Positions 39,780 to 50,364 of a stretch of DNA of 64,000 nt are shown here, one piece after another. The first letter of the stretch is position 1; each line of letters starts with the position of its first letter. The position numbers were made by a program, and so were the translations under genes. The stretch is from an uncultured Actinomycetota bacterium (GTDB lineage Bacteria > Actinomycetota > Acidimicrobiia > Spongiisociales > UBA5794), in assembly GCA_963715255.1 (NCBI GenBank), contig CAVQRN010000002.1, positions 495,843 through 559,842 of the forward strand, read 5' to 3'. The notes below the pieces were generated by a model, which was not told the origin of the DNA, did not search any database, and worked only from the letters and a program-made list of their open reading frames with translations.

Positions 39780-40036
39780 ACAGGGAGCGAAAGAGACCAA
39801 AACCTGAACACCCATCACGGTACGCCGAAGACGGTACCTTCTCTAGGTCCGTCCGACCCCACAGCAACCCCGGAGCCACCTCGCCAGTGCGGCAAAGGCC
39901 CGCTGTGGCGCTTTCCAGGGACCCCTCTGTCTCGGGCCCGGCGATGCCGGAGGATGACCATGCGCTCCCCGAGCGGTGCACCGCTCGACGACCGACCCCG
40001 TGCGAATAACCCCCGGCGACCGCCGTAGCAAACGCG

Positions 40037-41678
40037 TCAGGCGGCGATGACGTCGGGACGAGTTGGCGTGGAGAGCCTTCCGGGCTCCGAGACCCGGGCA
40101 GCGATGAGGCCGACGACGAGGAATGAAAGGAACAGCGGCACCACGATCGTGAACGTGAGGTCCGAGTCCGGGTTTCCAGGGCGGGGCGACGCAAGCTGGA
40201 AGAAGGTGTCGACCGCCGGCACGAGCACGACGAACGTGACCAGCGCCACGACGATCACCGACGCCAGCCGAGAAGCGAAACCCCGGTCGCGGGCCGCGAG
40301 CAGCTCGCCGATGCCGGCTGCGATTGCAGGCCACACGAGCAAGTAGCCGAAGGCGGGCAGGAAGGCGCCGGCGACCACGGCGAGCACCAGCCATGTGATC
40401 AGCATGCCACCGCCGGCATCACTGCCGTTGATAGCCGACCGGCGCTCGACCAGGTACCAGGCACCTCCGGTCAGCCCGACGAGGGCGGCGAGGTACGCGT
40501 ACCCCTCGACCACACCCATGTCGCTCCTGAGGTTGACGAGCCCGACCCAAACCACGGTTGCCACCACCAGGGCGCCCAGTGCACCGAGGAGCACCAAGCC
40601 GAGGCCGGACAGGAGTCTCCGCACCGATGTGCCCCGTCGCCTCACACGGCTCCACAGCGCGCCGACGAGGAGCAGCAGAGCGGCAGCGAGACTCACGATC
40701 GCTCCGGTCGTCGAGTAGCGCACGACGAAGCCGAACGGGACGGTGAAGAAGACGGCGTCGTTCGTCGCGTTCGCCAACTCGAGGGGTCCGAAGTTCCGCG
40801 CGATGCCGAGCGACAGCGAGATGTCCTGAGCGAGGCCGTTCACGTTGACAACGTTGACCGTGTCCCTGGGGGTGTGGTAGATCGACGTGCCCCGCATGTA
40901 GGCGAAGTTGTATCCCGGCACGCCGGCGTCGCGGAAGACGTCGAAGTCGGTCGCTGCTCCACCGATGAGGTCGGCCGTCTGCGTCATGAATGAGAACGCG
41001 ACGAGTTCGGGCACGGCGTCGGTGAGGCGGAAGATGAGCTCGTCCTTCGGCCCGCTCATCTCGACAAGCATCGTCGGTCCGGCTACTCCGATGCCCTCGA
41101 AGTTCACCGCCAGGGCGACGTCGGCGAACCACGGGTGATACTCGGCGAAACCCCACGCTCCGAATCGTGGCGTCGGCTCCTCGCCATCGGTGAAGAGGAG
41201 GATCACGTCATTCGGTGGCGTCGGCTCAGACGCGAGAACACGGCCGACTTCGAGCAACGCCGCGACGGCCGTTGAGTTGTCGTTCGCTCCCGGCGTGCTC
41301 GGCACGGTGTCGTAGTGCGCCATGAAGAGGATGGCCTCTCCGTCGCCGGATCCGGGGATGCGAACCAGCACATCCGTGACGTCAACGGTCCCGCCGGGCG
41401 CCCCGAAGTAGTCCGGTGTCTCGACGGTCAACGTCTCGGGTTCGAGACCGACCCCGGTCAGAGTCTCGATGAGATACTCACGAACGCTGTTCGATTTCCG
41501 GTGTCCCCATCACATGGGGCTCCTGAGCGATGAACGAGACATGCTCGAGTGCAAGATCGACCGAGATGGCGCCGGGGTCGTCTCCGGTGGGTGCGCGTGG
41601 TGCGAGGATGGGGAAGATACTGATGCCGAGGCAGACGGCGACGGCGAGCCACAAGCCGAACGTTGGTAGACGGTGCAC
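40037..41678 (-). CDS. Membrane-bound M28-family metallopeptidase (frameshift ~41480)
   Basis: N-terminal TM and AQEPHVMGT, then MAHYD, GANDN, DGEE, NFEGIG, TDF, YHTPRD, multiple C-terminal TMs. Confidence 0.85.
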
Positions 41679-42007
41679 TGTTCCTCGGTCGCTCACACGG
41701 CTTCTCCCCGACGCCAAGAATTCTTGCACAGACGTGACGTTCCGGTCGAGTGGGACGGAGGAGACGACTCCGACGACTCCACGGGGGAGCTTCGCGGACT
41801 GGAGAACATCGCTTCGCACGACGCAAATCGGCAGAGCACCCGGGGTTCGAACCTCTTCTCGTGCCGCGGACCAAGGCCACGGATCACTGTGTCTGTCGTG
41901 AACTTCTTGCACACGACGGTCAGCCGGTGCGTAAGTTTGGGAGCACCCCACTCGACGTGGGGGTATCGAACCGGGGAGGGTTCCATGAAACGACTGCTGC
42001 TCAAGGA

Positions 42008-43411
42008 ATGCTGTACGTGAGGCCGGCTTCTGTGGATGTGGTGATTGTCGGGGGTGGACAAGCGGGTCTTGGCACAGCGTTCTATCTGGCCCAGGCCGGT
42101 CTCGAATTCGTGGTCTTGGAGCGTGGCCGTGTTGGGGAGACGTGGCGAACGCAGCGGTGGGACAGCTTCACCTTGAACACGCCAAATTGGATGAACGGGC
42201 TTCCCGGCGCCCCGTATGAGGGCGCCGATCCGCTCGGCTTCATGACCCACGGTGAGCTCGCGGCATCGTTTGAGGCATACGTCGAGCGGTTTGATCTGCC
42301 GGTTCGAACCGGTGTGACCGTTACCCGTGTGCAGAGAGCCGACGGCGATGGTCGATTCTCAGTTGTTGGAGAGTCAGCTACCGGCCACCCCGTCCTGTTC
42401 GACGCGGGGGCAGTTGTCATCGCTTCGGGGATTCTCCAGTCGCCGCGTATCCCGCCGGTCGGTGCCAAGATCCCGGACGGAATCCTCCAGCTTCACACCG
42501 GCGACTACCGGTCTCCCGACGCGTTGCCGGCAGGCTCGGTTGTCGTGGTTGGTGGGGGGCAGTCCGGTGCCCAGATCGTTGAAGACCTGCTCGCAGCGAA
42601 CCGCACCGTCTACTTCTCGATCAGCGAAGTTCCGCGCCTGCCGCGAAGCTACCGGGGTCGAGACTTCATGGACTGGTGGCTCGACATGGGGGTTTGGGAC
42701 ACCCGCCTGGATGACGTCGAGGACCCGGCCGAACTACGAATCAGGAACGCCACGGTGTCCGGCGTCGGAGCCCGGGGCCATACCGTCAGCTACCAACAGT
42801 TGTCCCGCGACGGCGCACGGCTCATGGGCCGGCTCGACGATGTCCACGGCCAAGCGCTGTTGACTGACAACAGAGTCATGGAGTACATCGCGAACGCCGA
42901 CTCAAAGTCGCAAGAACTCAAAGACCGCATCGACGCCCGGATCGCCAACGAGGGGCACGACTCCCCCCAGCCAGACTCCGATCCGGCTGACGCGCCGGTC
43001 CCTGCTGGCGAATCTATCCCGTGGCTGACCACACTCGATCTCGACGTTGCCGATGTCGGCACGGTCATCTGGTCAACCGGATTTGCAGCGGACTTCTCCT
43101 GGATCGAGCTGCCGGTCACCGACGAGAACGGCAATCCCAAACACGACAGAGGCGTCGGCACCGTCGACGGCATCTACTTCGTCGGGTTCCCGTGGCTCTC
43201 GAAGCGAAAGTCAGGCATCATCTACGGCATCGAAGAGGACGCACAACACATCACCCAGGTCATTGTTCAACGCGCCTCGCTGCCCGGCAGGTCACCGCGA
43301 CCTAGCCCGCCATGCCTGCCACGAGCGTTGGCCGTATGGCACCGGCCGGCGTCAATGCCGCTCACCGAGGAGGTGAATGAGATGGTGTCGATAGCGCGGA
43401 ACGGAGAGTGA
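42008..43411 (+). CDS. Flavin-containing monooxygenase-like FAD/NAD(P) oxidoreductase (CzcO/TrkA-like)
   Basis: VGGGQAG, WRTQRWDSFTLNTP, QLHTGDYR, VGGGQSG, IWSTGF, YFVGFPWL; C-terminal extension may be artefactual. Confidence 0.85.
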   Translation: MLYVRPASVDVVIVGGGQAGLGTAFYLAQAGLEFVVLERGRVGETWRTQRWDSFTLNTPNWMNGLPGAPYEGADPLGFMTHGELAASFEAYVERFDLPVRTGVTVTRVQRADGDGRFSVVGESATGHPVLFDAGAVVIASGILQSPRIPPVGAKIPDGILQLHTGDYRSPDALPAGSVVVVGGGQSGAQIVEDLLAANRTVYFSISEVPRLPRSYRGRDFMDWWLDMGVWDTRLDDVEDPAELRIRNATVSGVGARGHTVSYQQLSRDGARLMGRLDDVHGQALLTDNRVMEYIANADSKSQELKDRIDARIANEGHDSPQPDSDPADAPVPAGESIPWLTTLDLDVADVGTVIWSTGFAADFSWIELPVTDENGNPKHDRGVGTVDGIYFVGFPWLSKRKSGIIYGIEEDAQHITQVIVQRASLPGRSPRPSPPCLPRALAVWHRPASMPLTEEVNEMVSIARNGE

Positions 43412-43490
43412 CGGCGATCCTTCTTACCAACATGGTCGGCGCCTCGCGGCTGATGGAGCGCGACGAGTTCGGGACGACTTCATACCAGAG
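43390..43490 (+). pseudogene. Remnant of the N-terminus of a class III nucleotidyl cyclase
   Basis: Reads DSAERRVTAILLTNMVGASRLMERDEFGT, resembling the ERRLAAILxxDxVGYSRLMxxDExGT start; no continuation. Confidence 0.5.
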
Positions 43491-43538
43491 ACTTCACCGT
43501 GCCGACTGGAACGACCGCCCGCACGGCGGGTTCGGCTC

Positions 43539-43727
43539 CTAGTTCTCATCCCCGACGGCGATACCGTGGGACCGAACCACCATCCGGATCTGCTCGATGC
43601 GAATCTCGTCGATGAGTGTGTTCAACACTTCGACGCAGCGGCGCAGATCGGTGACCCGACGGTCGAGGGACTCGACCTTCTGGTCCAGATGCGCGAGTCG
43701 CTGGCCGTCGGTGACTATGGCCCCCAT
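43539..43727 (-). CDS. Small coiled-coil protein, copy A
   Basis: TDGQRLAHLDQKVESLDRRVTDLRRCVEVLNTLI; paralogue at 52505; GGAGG upstream. Confidence 0.65.
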   Translation of the reverse strand: MGAIVTDGQRLAHLDQKVESLDRRVTDLRRCVEVLNTLIDEIRIEQIRMVVRSHGIAVGDEN

Positions 43728-44029
43728 GTTCTCACCATCCTCCAGCCATCGGCAGAATCGCCAGGAATCTGTACCTCGCCTCCCGATGCGACCTTCCCAA
43801 CAACTGCTCGCTACCGACTCGAGATATGCACACGGCCGGTCACGCGTGCCTTCGCGGGGCAGCTTCGAGGGATGCGGACAACGCCACACTTGCGGTCGAG
43901 TCCACGGACGCGCCCATACGGCCGCACGTTGCGACACGTGGGGGCGGTGTTGAAGCTCGGTTGGATCAGCGAGATCGCCGGTCATGGGATGGCAGTTTCC
44001 CTGGGCCGGAATCGTGAACGGCCCGACCC

Positions 44030-44668
44030 TCAAATCCCGAGGGGGATTGCGACGGTGCTGATGGGTTGGGCGCCCTCGATCGGCTCCGTGAACCGTATAC
44101 CCTCGTCGAGGTCGAGGTCGAGCGCGGTCTCAGCCGCCGCGGTGAACAATGCGTAGGCCGGCGAGCCGATCCGGCTTGCTGCGGCGTTCTTCAGCAGCCG
44201 GTGAGCGGCGGTGATGTCGGGTCCCAGCACCTCGACGTGCGTACCGATGGATTGCACGATGTAGGTCCCGTGGTGGAGAACGAACTTCAGGTCGAGGGAC
44301 TTCTTGACCTCGCAGGCATTGCAGGTGCACGTCCAGGTCAACCCGGCCTCGTCCAATCGTCTCATGAAGTCGTCGTAGCAGTCGGTGATGCAGCCGACGA
44401 GGGCCGAACCCTTCGGTCCCACGCCGTCCTCGCCTACGGCGAACACAGCATCGCCTTCGAACTTGACGAGCGTGAAGGGAGGATCGATCCGTTCAGCAAT
44501 CCCTCCCAGAAGCTTCGACATCAGCCCGTAGGCATAGGGAATCTGACCATCGGCGAATGCGTCGCTGGCATGCTCCTGTCTGACGCCTTCCAGGAACATG
44601 GTGTAGCCGGAGATGTCCGCGAGCACGATGGTTCCGCTGTATTTCCCGGGGGTCAGATCTGTATTCAT
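44030..44668 (-). CDS. DUF2652-like nucleotidyl-cyclase-fold protein
   Basis: LADISGYT, KFEGDAVF, CTCNAC, LDLKFVLHHG, AHRLLKN; GGAGG RBS. Confidence 0.8.
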   Translation of the reverse strand: MNTDLTPGKYSGTIVLADISGYTMFLEGVRQEHASDAFADGQIPYAYGLMSKLLGGIAERIDPPFTLVKFEGDAVFAVGEDGVGPKGSALVGCITDCYDDFMRRLDEAGLTWTCTCNACEVKKSLDLKFVLHHGTYIVQSIGTHVEVLGPDITAAHRLLKNAAASRIGSPAYALFTAAAETALDLDLDEGIRFTEPIEGAQPISTVAIPLGI

Positions 44669-44793
44669 CACGCCTCCACTTCGAAGCTGAACGCTAGTCC
44701 AGCACGGGGAGGAATGGACACATGGGCCAGCGTCGCGACTGGGTTTCCGGATCCCACCACCAGCCGAATGACTCTGCCGAACGATTGTGTGCG

Positions 44794-45042
44794 CTAGTAC
44801 ATCCACGTGGCCGTATAGATCATCACGGTCACGAGGGCCGCCATCAACAGGCTGACCCAGACGATCTTGCCGACCGTCATCGCCACTATTCCGGCCCTCT
44901 GCGTCCCAGTCGACCGGTTCCACCGCTCAGAAGGCGTGGTCCGGTGGGTAGGCGGATGATCCGCGACCACGGGTCCCGGGTCATCACGACGAGTGACCAG
45001 CATCCATGCAACCGCCGCTGCCACAATCACCAGCCAGTACAT
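44794..45042 (-). CDS. Small 2-TM hypothetical membrane protein
   Basis: GGAG RBS, two hydrophobic helices. Confidence 0.5.
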   Translation of the reverse strand: MYWLVIVAAAVAWMLVTRRDDPGPVVADHPPTHRTTPSERWNRSTGTQRAGIVAMTVGKIVWVSLLMAALVTVMIYTATWMY

Positions 45043-45449
45043 CACCACTCCGTTCTGCCTGCGTTTGCCATCCGCCTCTTCCGGCAATCTTCGATCTCAC
45101 GATTCGGCGGCCGCCTGCGGATGACAGCCGAGCCACGTCTCGGCAATTCCATGGCTCACTATCCATTGTCTCCCGGGCGTAGAACACCAATAGGGGCCAA
45201 TTCCTCGTCCGAGGTTCGACGATGAACGGATGGTCTTCCGAGCGTGATTTCGAGGCAGTGGCGTCGACGGCGCGAACCCTTCGGCGAACGTGATCGCAAC
45301 TGGGGGCCGTCACCGCGACCCGTCCACGAAGGCGGACATGGTTGTGATCGCGCGAGGCCAGCTCTCCGAGGAGTGACCAATTGGAGAATCGCGCATGAGA
45401 CACGAGCGACCGACTGATCAGGCCGGTCTACGCGTCCCGGCCATCACGT

Positions 45450-45686
45450 TCGGTCTCTGACGTTCCCGGCTTCGGGCGCTACTTCAGCACCGGGGACGTC
45501 GTCGAGCGCCACTAGTGGGATTTGGCCTTCCACCTCGAACGAAGCGGCCTCCTCGAATGCGAGCAGACATCCAGCATCTATCTGGTCGGCGATCACAACG
45601 TGTGCAACCTCGAAGATGTGTCGACCACTGGCATCTATGTCGCCAACAGAATCCTCGCCGGACACGGGAATACCTGGCCGACCTAG
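45450..45686 (+). pseudogene. Degenerate duplicate of the 3' end of the FAD oxidoreductase at 57823-58977
   Basis: Colinear with 58741-58977 (shared GCCAACAGAATCCTCGCCGGACACGGGAA); in-frame TAG at 45513 where the intact copy has TAC. Confidence 0.8.
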
Positions 45687-46106
45687 CCGACCAGAGGCGA
45701 CATCCGACAACCAGACTCACCCCGCCAACAATCACCCAGACCAGACACTCATATGGGCGCTCTACAGAGAACGGACAGCGATTGCAGCGCTCTTTTCCGG
45801 GAGCGTCGCGACCCACCGTGGTGACAAACGCTCCATCGCTTGGATCGTTCCGAACGGACACCGCCGGGTCCGATACCTTGGTTCAAAGCGAACCGGACAC
45901 AACTCGCCCCACGGGTCACCGCCATAGACCTCCGATGACTCGTCAACGTGGGTCTCGACCACCACGGAGAAGCCCGGGCAACCACCTGACCCGGACCCGG
46001 ATCCCGTGCTATCGCCAATCTGGCCACACCCAAACCGTCAACAATGCGGCACCCGACGCGACGAACCGGAATCAGCTGGCCAGAAACCCGATTGTTGAGC
46101 AGGGTC

Positions 46107-46523
46107 CTAGCGGCGTGCTGAGGATTCGTTCAAGGTAACGGCGTCGCGGACGAGGGCCTTCAGCGCCTCCTCGTCGATCTTCTCGTCCTCGTGGAGGTCG
46201 ATGGCGCGCCTGACGTTGCCATCGAGGCTGGCGTTGAAGAGGTGCGAGGGGTCGTTCAACGAGGCGCCCTTGGCGAAGGTCATCTTCACGACGTTCTTGT
46301 ACGTCTCGCCGGTGCAGATGATCCCGTCGTGGGACCACACCGGGGTTCCCAACATCGAGTTTGACGGCTTCCTCCACTTCACTTCCTCGACCACCTCGGG
46401 GTCTGCCAGTTTGATCAGGGTGCGTATCCGAGAGAGCGCCTTGCCCCGCCAGTCGCCCAGCTCCTCGATCCTCGCGTCTATCAGCTCAGCGGGAGACTCG
46501 CCGTTCGAGCCGCTCTTCTTCAT
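46107..46523 (-). CDS. DUF1801 (YdhG-like) domain protein
   Basis: IDARIEELGDWRG, EEVKW, PVWSHDGIICTGETYK, LFNASLDGNVRRAID. Confidence 0.88.
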   Translation of the reverse strand: MKKSGSNGESPAELIDARIEELGDWRGKALSRIRTLIKLADPEVVEEVKWRKPSNSMLGTPVWSHDGIICTGETYKNVVKMTFAKGASLNDPSHLFNASLDGNVRRAIDLHEDEKIDEEALKALVRDAVTLNESSARR

Positions 46524-46872
46524 GTCATCTCCACGTCTCTTGGGCGCTCTTCTGTCTTGCCAGGTCACCCTGCCACAAGTCCACGCCCCGCACTAGGCCG
46601 TGCAGGTGGGCGGGGGTAGGACTCATCAGGGGGGCTAGTCGTCAACCGTAGCTCGAAGGTCGAGCTCAGCTTGGTCAATGTTCATCGGACACCTCCGGAC
46701 GCAAACCGTGCTCGAGGCTGAACCCGCCTATGTCAGGCACATAGGGGCGGCTGCGGTAGTCCGGTCGGATCGCACCCAGAAGCTCCTATCCGTGGCGAGT
46801 GCTGCTGGTGTTGACGCGGCGTTGCTGTGCGGGGAGATCACATCTCGTGGATTCGTGGTGTAGGTTCATTGG

Positions 46873-47787
46873 ATGCGGATTGGCGTCATCGCTCAGCTTC
46901 ACGGCCGTCCTGGAGGAGCTCTTGAACCGTCGTGGGAGTCGATCAATCGACTCGCGACGGTCGCGGAGCGTGTCGGGTTCGACATGTTCGTGTTCGAGGA
47001 TGTCCTCATGTATCGCGGAGACGAGGCGACGGACGGGTGTTGGGAGTCGATGACGATCGCCGGTGCGCTCGCCGCCTCAACAAGCCGGATTCGGCTCGGT
47101 CAGTCGGTGATCAACGCTCCCTATCGGTCGCCTGCGATGACGGCGAGTATGGCGACGACGCTTGATGAGATATCGGATGGCCGGTACGTGTTGGGGATAG
47201 GTGCGGGCAACTCTCCCACGTCAGACTATGAAGGCTTCGGGTTCCCGACCGATCGGCGCTACTCGCGGTTCGCTGAGAGCATCGAAGTGATCCACACGCT
47301 GCTGAGGACCGGCGCGGTGGACTACGACGGCGACTTCCACTTCGCGAAGCGGGCCGAACTCGTCCTCCGGGGACCGTCACCGTCCGGCCCGCCGATCAAT
47401 ATCGCCGCTGGGGGACCCAGGATGCTGCGACTCGTTGCCCGCTATGGCGACGCGTGGAACTGGTGGGGATGGGACGAGACGATCGATGAGATCATCGGGC
47501 GCATGAGTCCCCTCGTCGCCGAGTTGGAACGGGCCTGTGTCGAGGTCGGCAGGGACAGCACCGAAATCGAGCGGACCTTCGACCTGTATTCGGTCGTTGC
47601 ACCCGGCTTCTCAGTTGACGCATCCGCGATGTCACAGCCGGTTTCTGGCTCAGCCGATGAGATCGCCGAGACGCTTCTCAGTCTCCGTGCCCTCGGAATC
47701 GATGAGGTCCGGTGCGATCTGACGGACAAGACCGAAGCGGCCATTGAAGCCATGGCACCCGTCGTTGAAGCCCTCCACAACGCCTGA
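46873..47787 (+). CDS. LLM-class flavin-dependent oxidoreductase
   Basis: AERVGFD, ALAASTSRIRLG, TLDEISDGRYVLGIGAG, GGPRMLRLVARYGDAWN. Confidence 0.88.
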   Translation: MRIGVIAQLHGRPGGALEPSWESINRLATVAERVGFDMFVFEDVLMYRGDEATDGCWESMTIAGALAASTSRIRLGQSVINAPYRSPAMTASMATTLDEISDGRYVLGIGAGNSPTSDYEGFGFPTDRRYSRFAESIEVIHTLLRTGAVDYDGDFHFAKRAELVLRGPSPSGPPINIAAGGPRMLRLVARYGDAWNWWGWDETIDEIIGRMSPLVAELERACVEVGRDSTEIERTFDLYSVVAPGFSVDASAMSQPVSGSADEIAETLLSLRALGIDEVRCDLTDKTEAAIEAMAPVVEALHNA

Positions 47788-47837
47788 AGACTCCGCCCCA
47801 TCAGGAGACCGACATGTGAGCGGCCGTGCAAGGACCG

Positions 47838-48350
47838 CTACCAGGTTCCGAAATGGACGACGTCGTCGAACGATCGGCGTGATGGCTTCTGGATCGGCGT
47901 CAGGGGTCGGTCGGCGGCGTATCCGACCGCGATCAGCAGGAAGCACTGTTTGCCATCGGGGAATCCCAGCACCTCCCGGGCGAGCGCCTGATCACTGCAA
48001 GCTGCCTGGCCGCTGGCAATACCAAACCCCGTCGCTGCGATCATCATCTGCATCGCTGCTTGACCGAGGTCGAATCGATCGATCAGGGCCTCCGCCCCTT
48101 CGGCCTCGGGCATCACAAGGGCAATCGTCGCTGCGGCACCGGCCGTCCATCCTGCGCCCTGCCAGACGTGTGAGAGGCGCTCCATCTGATCCTTGTCCGT
48201 GACTACGACGAAATCCCAGCGCTGCCCGTTGCGAGCCGACGGGGCCCTGCGACCCGCTTCGAGGATGCATTCGAGGTCCTCTGTCGAAACCGAATCCGAG
48301 GTGAAGCCCCGAACCTGCCTGCGCGAAGTGATGGTGTCCCACGTGTCCAT
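47838..48350 (-). CDS. Nitroreductase family protein
   Basis: ITSRRQVRGF, AGRRAPSARNGQRWDFVVV, DLGQAAMQMM, IAVGY. Confidence 0.88.
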   Translation of the reverse strand: MDTWDTITSRRQVRGFTSDSVSTEDLECILEAGRRAPSARNGQRWDFVVVTDKDQMERLSHVWQGAGWTAGAAATIALVMPEAEGAEALIDRFDLGQAAMQMMIAATGFGIASGQAACSDQALAREVLGFPDGKQCFLLIAVGYAADRPLTPIQKPSRRSFDDVVHFGTW

Positions 48351-48449
48351 GGAACCGACGATAGCCCGGACCGGGACACCCACGAACGCGTATCGGCGCG
48401 GCATGTCCCATCAACCTTGGCGGCACACATGGCTGGGAGCCCGATGGGC

Positions 48450-48830
48450 TCAGGTGAGCTGGAACTTCACCAGCGGCGCGCTGTCAACCCACTGCGGGAG
48501 GGCGTGCTGAGCCTTCTCTGGCTCGTTGCCCCGACAATCGGTGAGGATTCTGTACAGCACATCAGCGTGCTCGCCCGGGTCCGTGATCTCGGCCGCCGTG
48601 GCAGCGAGGTCTGTGACACCTCCGTTCTTGAGGTGCACGGTGAACCCCGAATTGGCCTCCGCGTTGGCGAGCCAGTCACGTTTGGCCCCGGGTCGGCCCG
48701 TGATGTGGTAGCTCACGTCGACGGCGTGGAGGTTGATCTCGATCCTTCGTGGCAAGCCACGTCTCGCTCCGATCGTGGTGATGGAGATAGCTCCGCCGCG
48801 TCGGAGGGCCTCGGTGAACGTTGGGTTCAT
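48450..48830 (-). CDS. Deazaflavin (F420)-dependent nitroreductase-like split-barrel protein, possibly degenerate
   Basis: ITTIGARRGLPRRIEI, RDWLANAEAN motifs typical of Ddn-like proteins. Confidence 0.6.
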   Translation of the reverse strand: MNPTFTEALRRGGAISITTIGARRGLPRRIEINLHAVDVSYHITGRPGAKRDWLANAEANSGFTVHLKNGGVTDLAATAAEITDPGEHADVLYRILTDCRGNEPEKAQHALPQWVDSAPLVKFQLT

Positions 48831-49122
48831 TCGTGTGGAAGCCGGAACTCGAGCAAGCGTATTCCGTCCTCACGTCTGGTCCGTACCCGGACCGGTTCAG
48901 ACCCCCATGAGAGGGGACCATGTGGGCGGACTGCGAAGGACGATCGGTGATTGCGTCAGGTCGTCAGAAGGCGTTGCTCCAATTCGAGGAGACATGAAGC
49001 GGAAGACGCTCTGGATACGAGGCGTCGCTCCAAATCGAGCGAGCGGCCGATGCGGGGCGCTCCGGGGAAGAGGCATCCTCGTGGTCAATCGGATCGCTCG
49101 TCAGTCCGACGGCGCGGCGGTC

Positions 49123-50241
49123 TCAACCAGTCATGATGGCTTGGCGCTTGGATGCCAGGTGGTCGACGACGTGCTTCGCATCGATCGGCATGCCGGACAG
49201 CGTCTCCGACCAGAGAGCGTGGAGGAAGAACAACCCGCAGAAATAGAGACCCGGTTGGCCCGGCACGATCCCTCTCTCATGGACGGGATGGTGTTGAGCG
49301 TCGAACACCGGGAGGTCGATCCAGCTGAATCCGGGGCGGAAGCCCGTGCACCAAATGACGTTTGCAACGTCGAGCAGCGGTACCGTCGGCGAGCATCGGG
49401 AGTCCGTCCTCGACACTTGTCACGCGTTCGACACGTCGGACTCCGGCCTTGGCGAGATCGGTCGGTTTCACCCGCACGATTGGTGCCCCACCGCCGTGTG
49501 CTATTAGTTTCGGCCGCACTCTGCGCCCGACGGGTGTGCTCGTGTTGAGTACTTTGACGGCGGCGAAACGGACGAGCCGTACCCCGATGTTGCGACCGAA
49601 CCACGGCTCGAGGTGGAACGGAATGACGGGCGACGGTTTTCCGGAGAGATAGGTCGTATGCGTTTCGGCGACTTCGAGGCCGATGTCTGCGCCCGAGTTG
49701 CCGAATCCGACGACGAGGGCCGGACCATCTGCGAGCTGGGACGGGCGCTTGTATTGGGCCGAATGCATCTGGTTGATGTCGGGGTTGAGGTCGGGGGCGA
49801 AGTCGGGAACATTGGGTACTTGATAGTCGGCCATTGCGACCACCACGTTGGCAGAGCGAAGCTCGCCGACCTGCGGCCTCGACCACGTAGGTTTCGCCGT
49901 CGAAGCTGAGACGGGTCACCCTGGTACTCGAGCGCACGGGGAGGTCATTCACCTCTGCATACGTCTCGAGGTATGTTGCGAGTTCGTCCTTGGAGATGTA
50001 TTGATCGGCCTTGGCGGGGAACTTCATGCCGGGGAGACCGTTGTATCTCGCCGGTGTGAAGAGGAGGAGTGAGTCCCACCGTTTGCGCCATGCGTCGCCG
50101 ACACGCTCGTTGGCGTCGAGGATCACGAAATCCACTCTTGCGTTGGGCTAGTTCGTATCCCACGGTCAGACCGGTCTGGCCGCCTCCGATGACGATCGTG
50201 TCGACGTACTCGGTGCGGGGCTCGGGCTGCTCGTAGGTCAT
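49123..50241 (-). CDS. Flavin-containing monooxygenase-like oxidoreductase, multiple frameshifts
   Basis: IGGGQTG; GDAWRKRWDSLLLFTP; QMHSAQYKRP; VGFGNSG; VIWCTGF; GLYFCG spread over four frames. Confidence 0.8.
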
Positions 50242-50364
50242 TGCCTGATTCCTCTCGTGTGGCGTGATGCCAACGTACGCGCAACCGGGCCGTCCCGCAT
50301 CGCCAGTACTACCCAACTTCTGGGAACGTTGCCGTGGGTACTCCTACCCACCGACGGCGGAGGC

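Noticed and set aside
45720-46110. Possible IS end or transposase remnant
   Set aside because: No DDE motif or matching inverted repeat identifiable
46635-46700. Minus-strand GGAGG + MNIDQAELDLRATVDD* mini-ORF
   Set aside because: 16 codons, probably a truncated gene start; no other support
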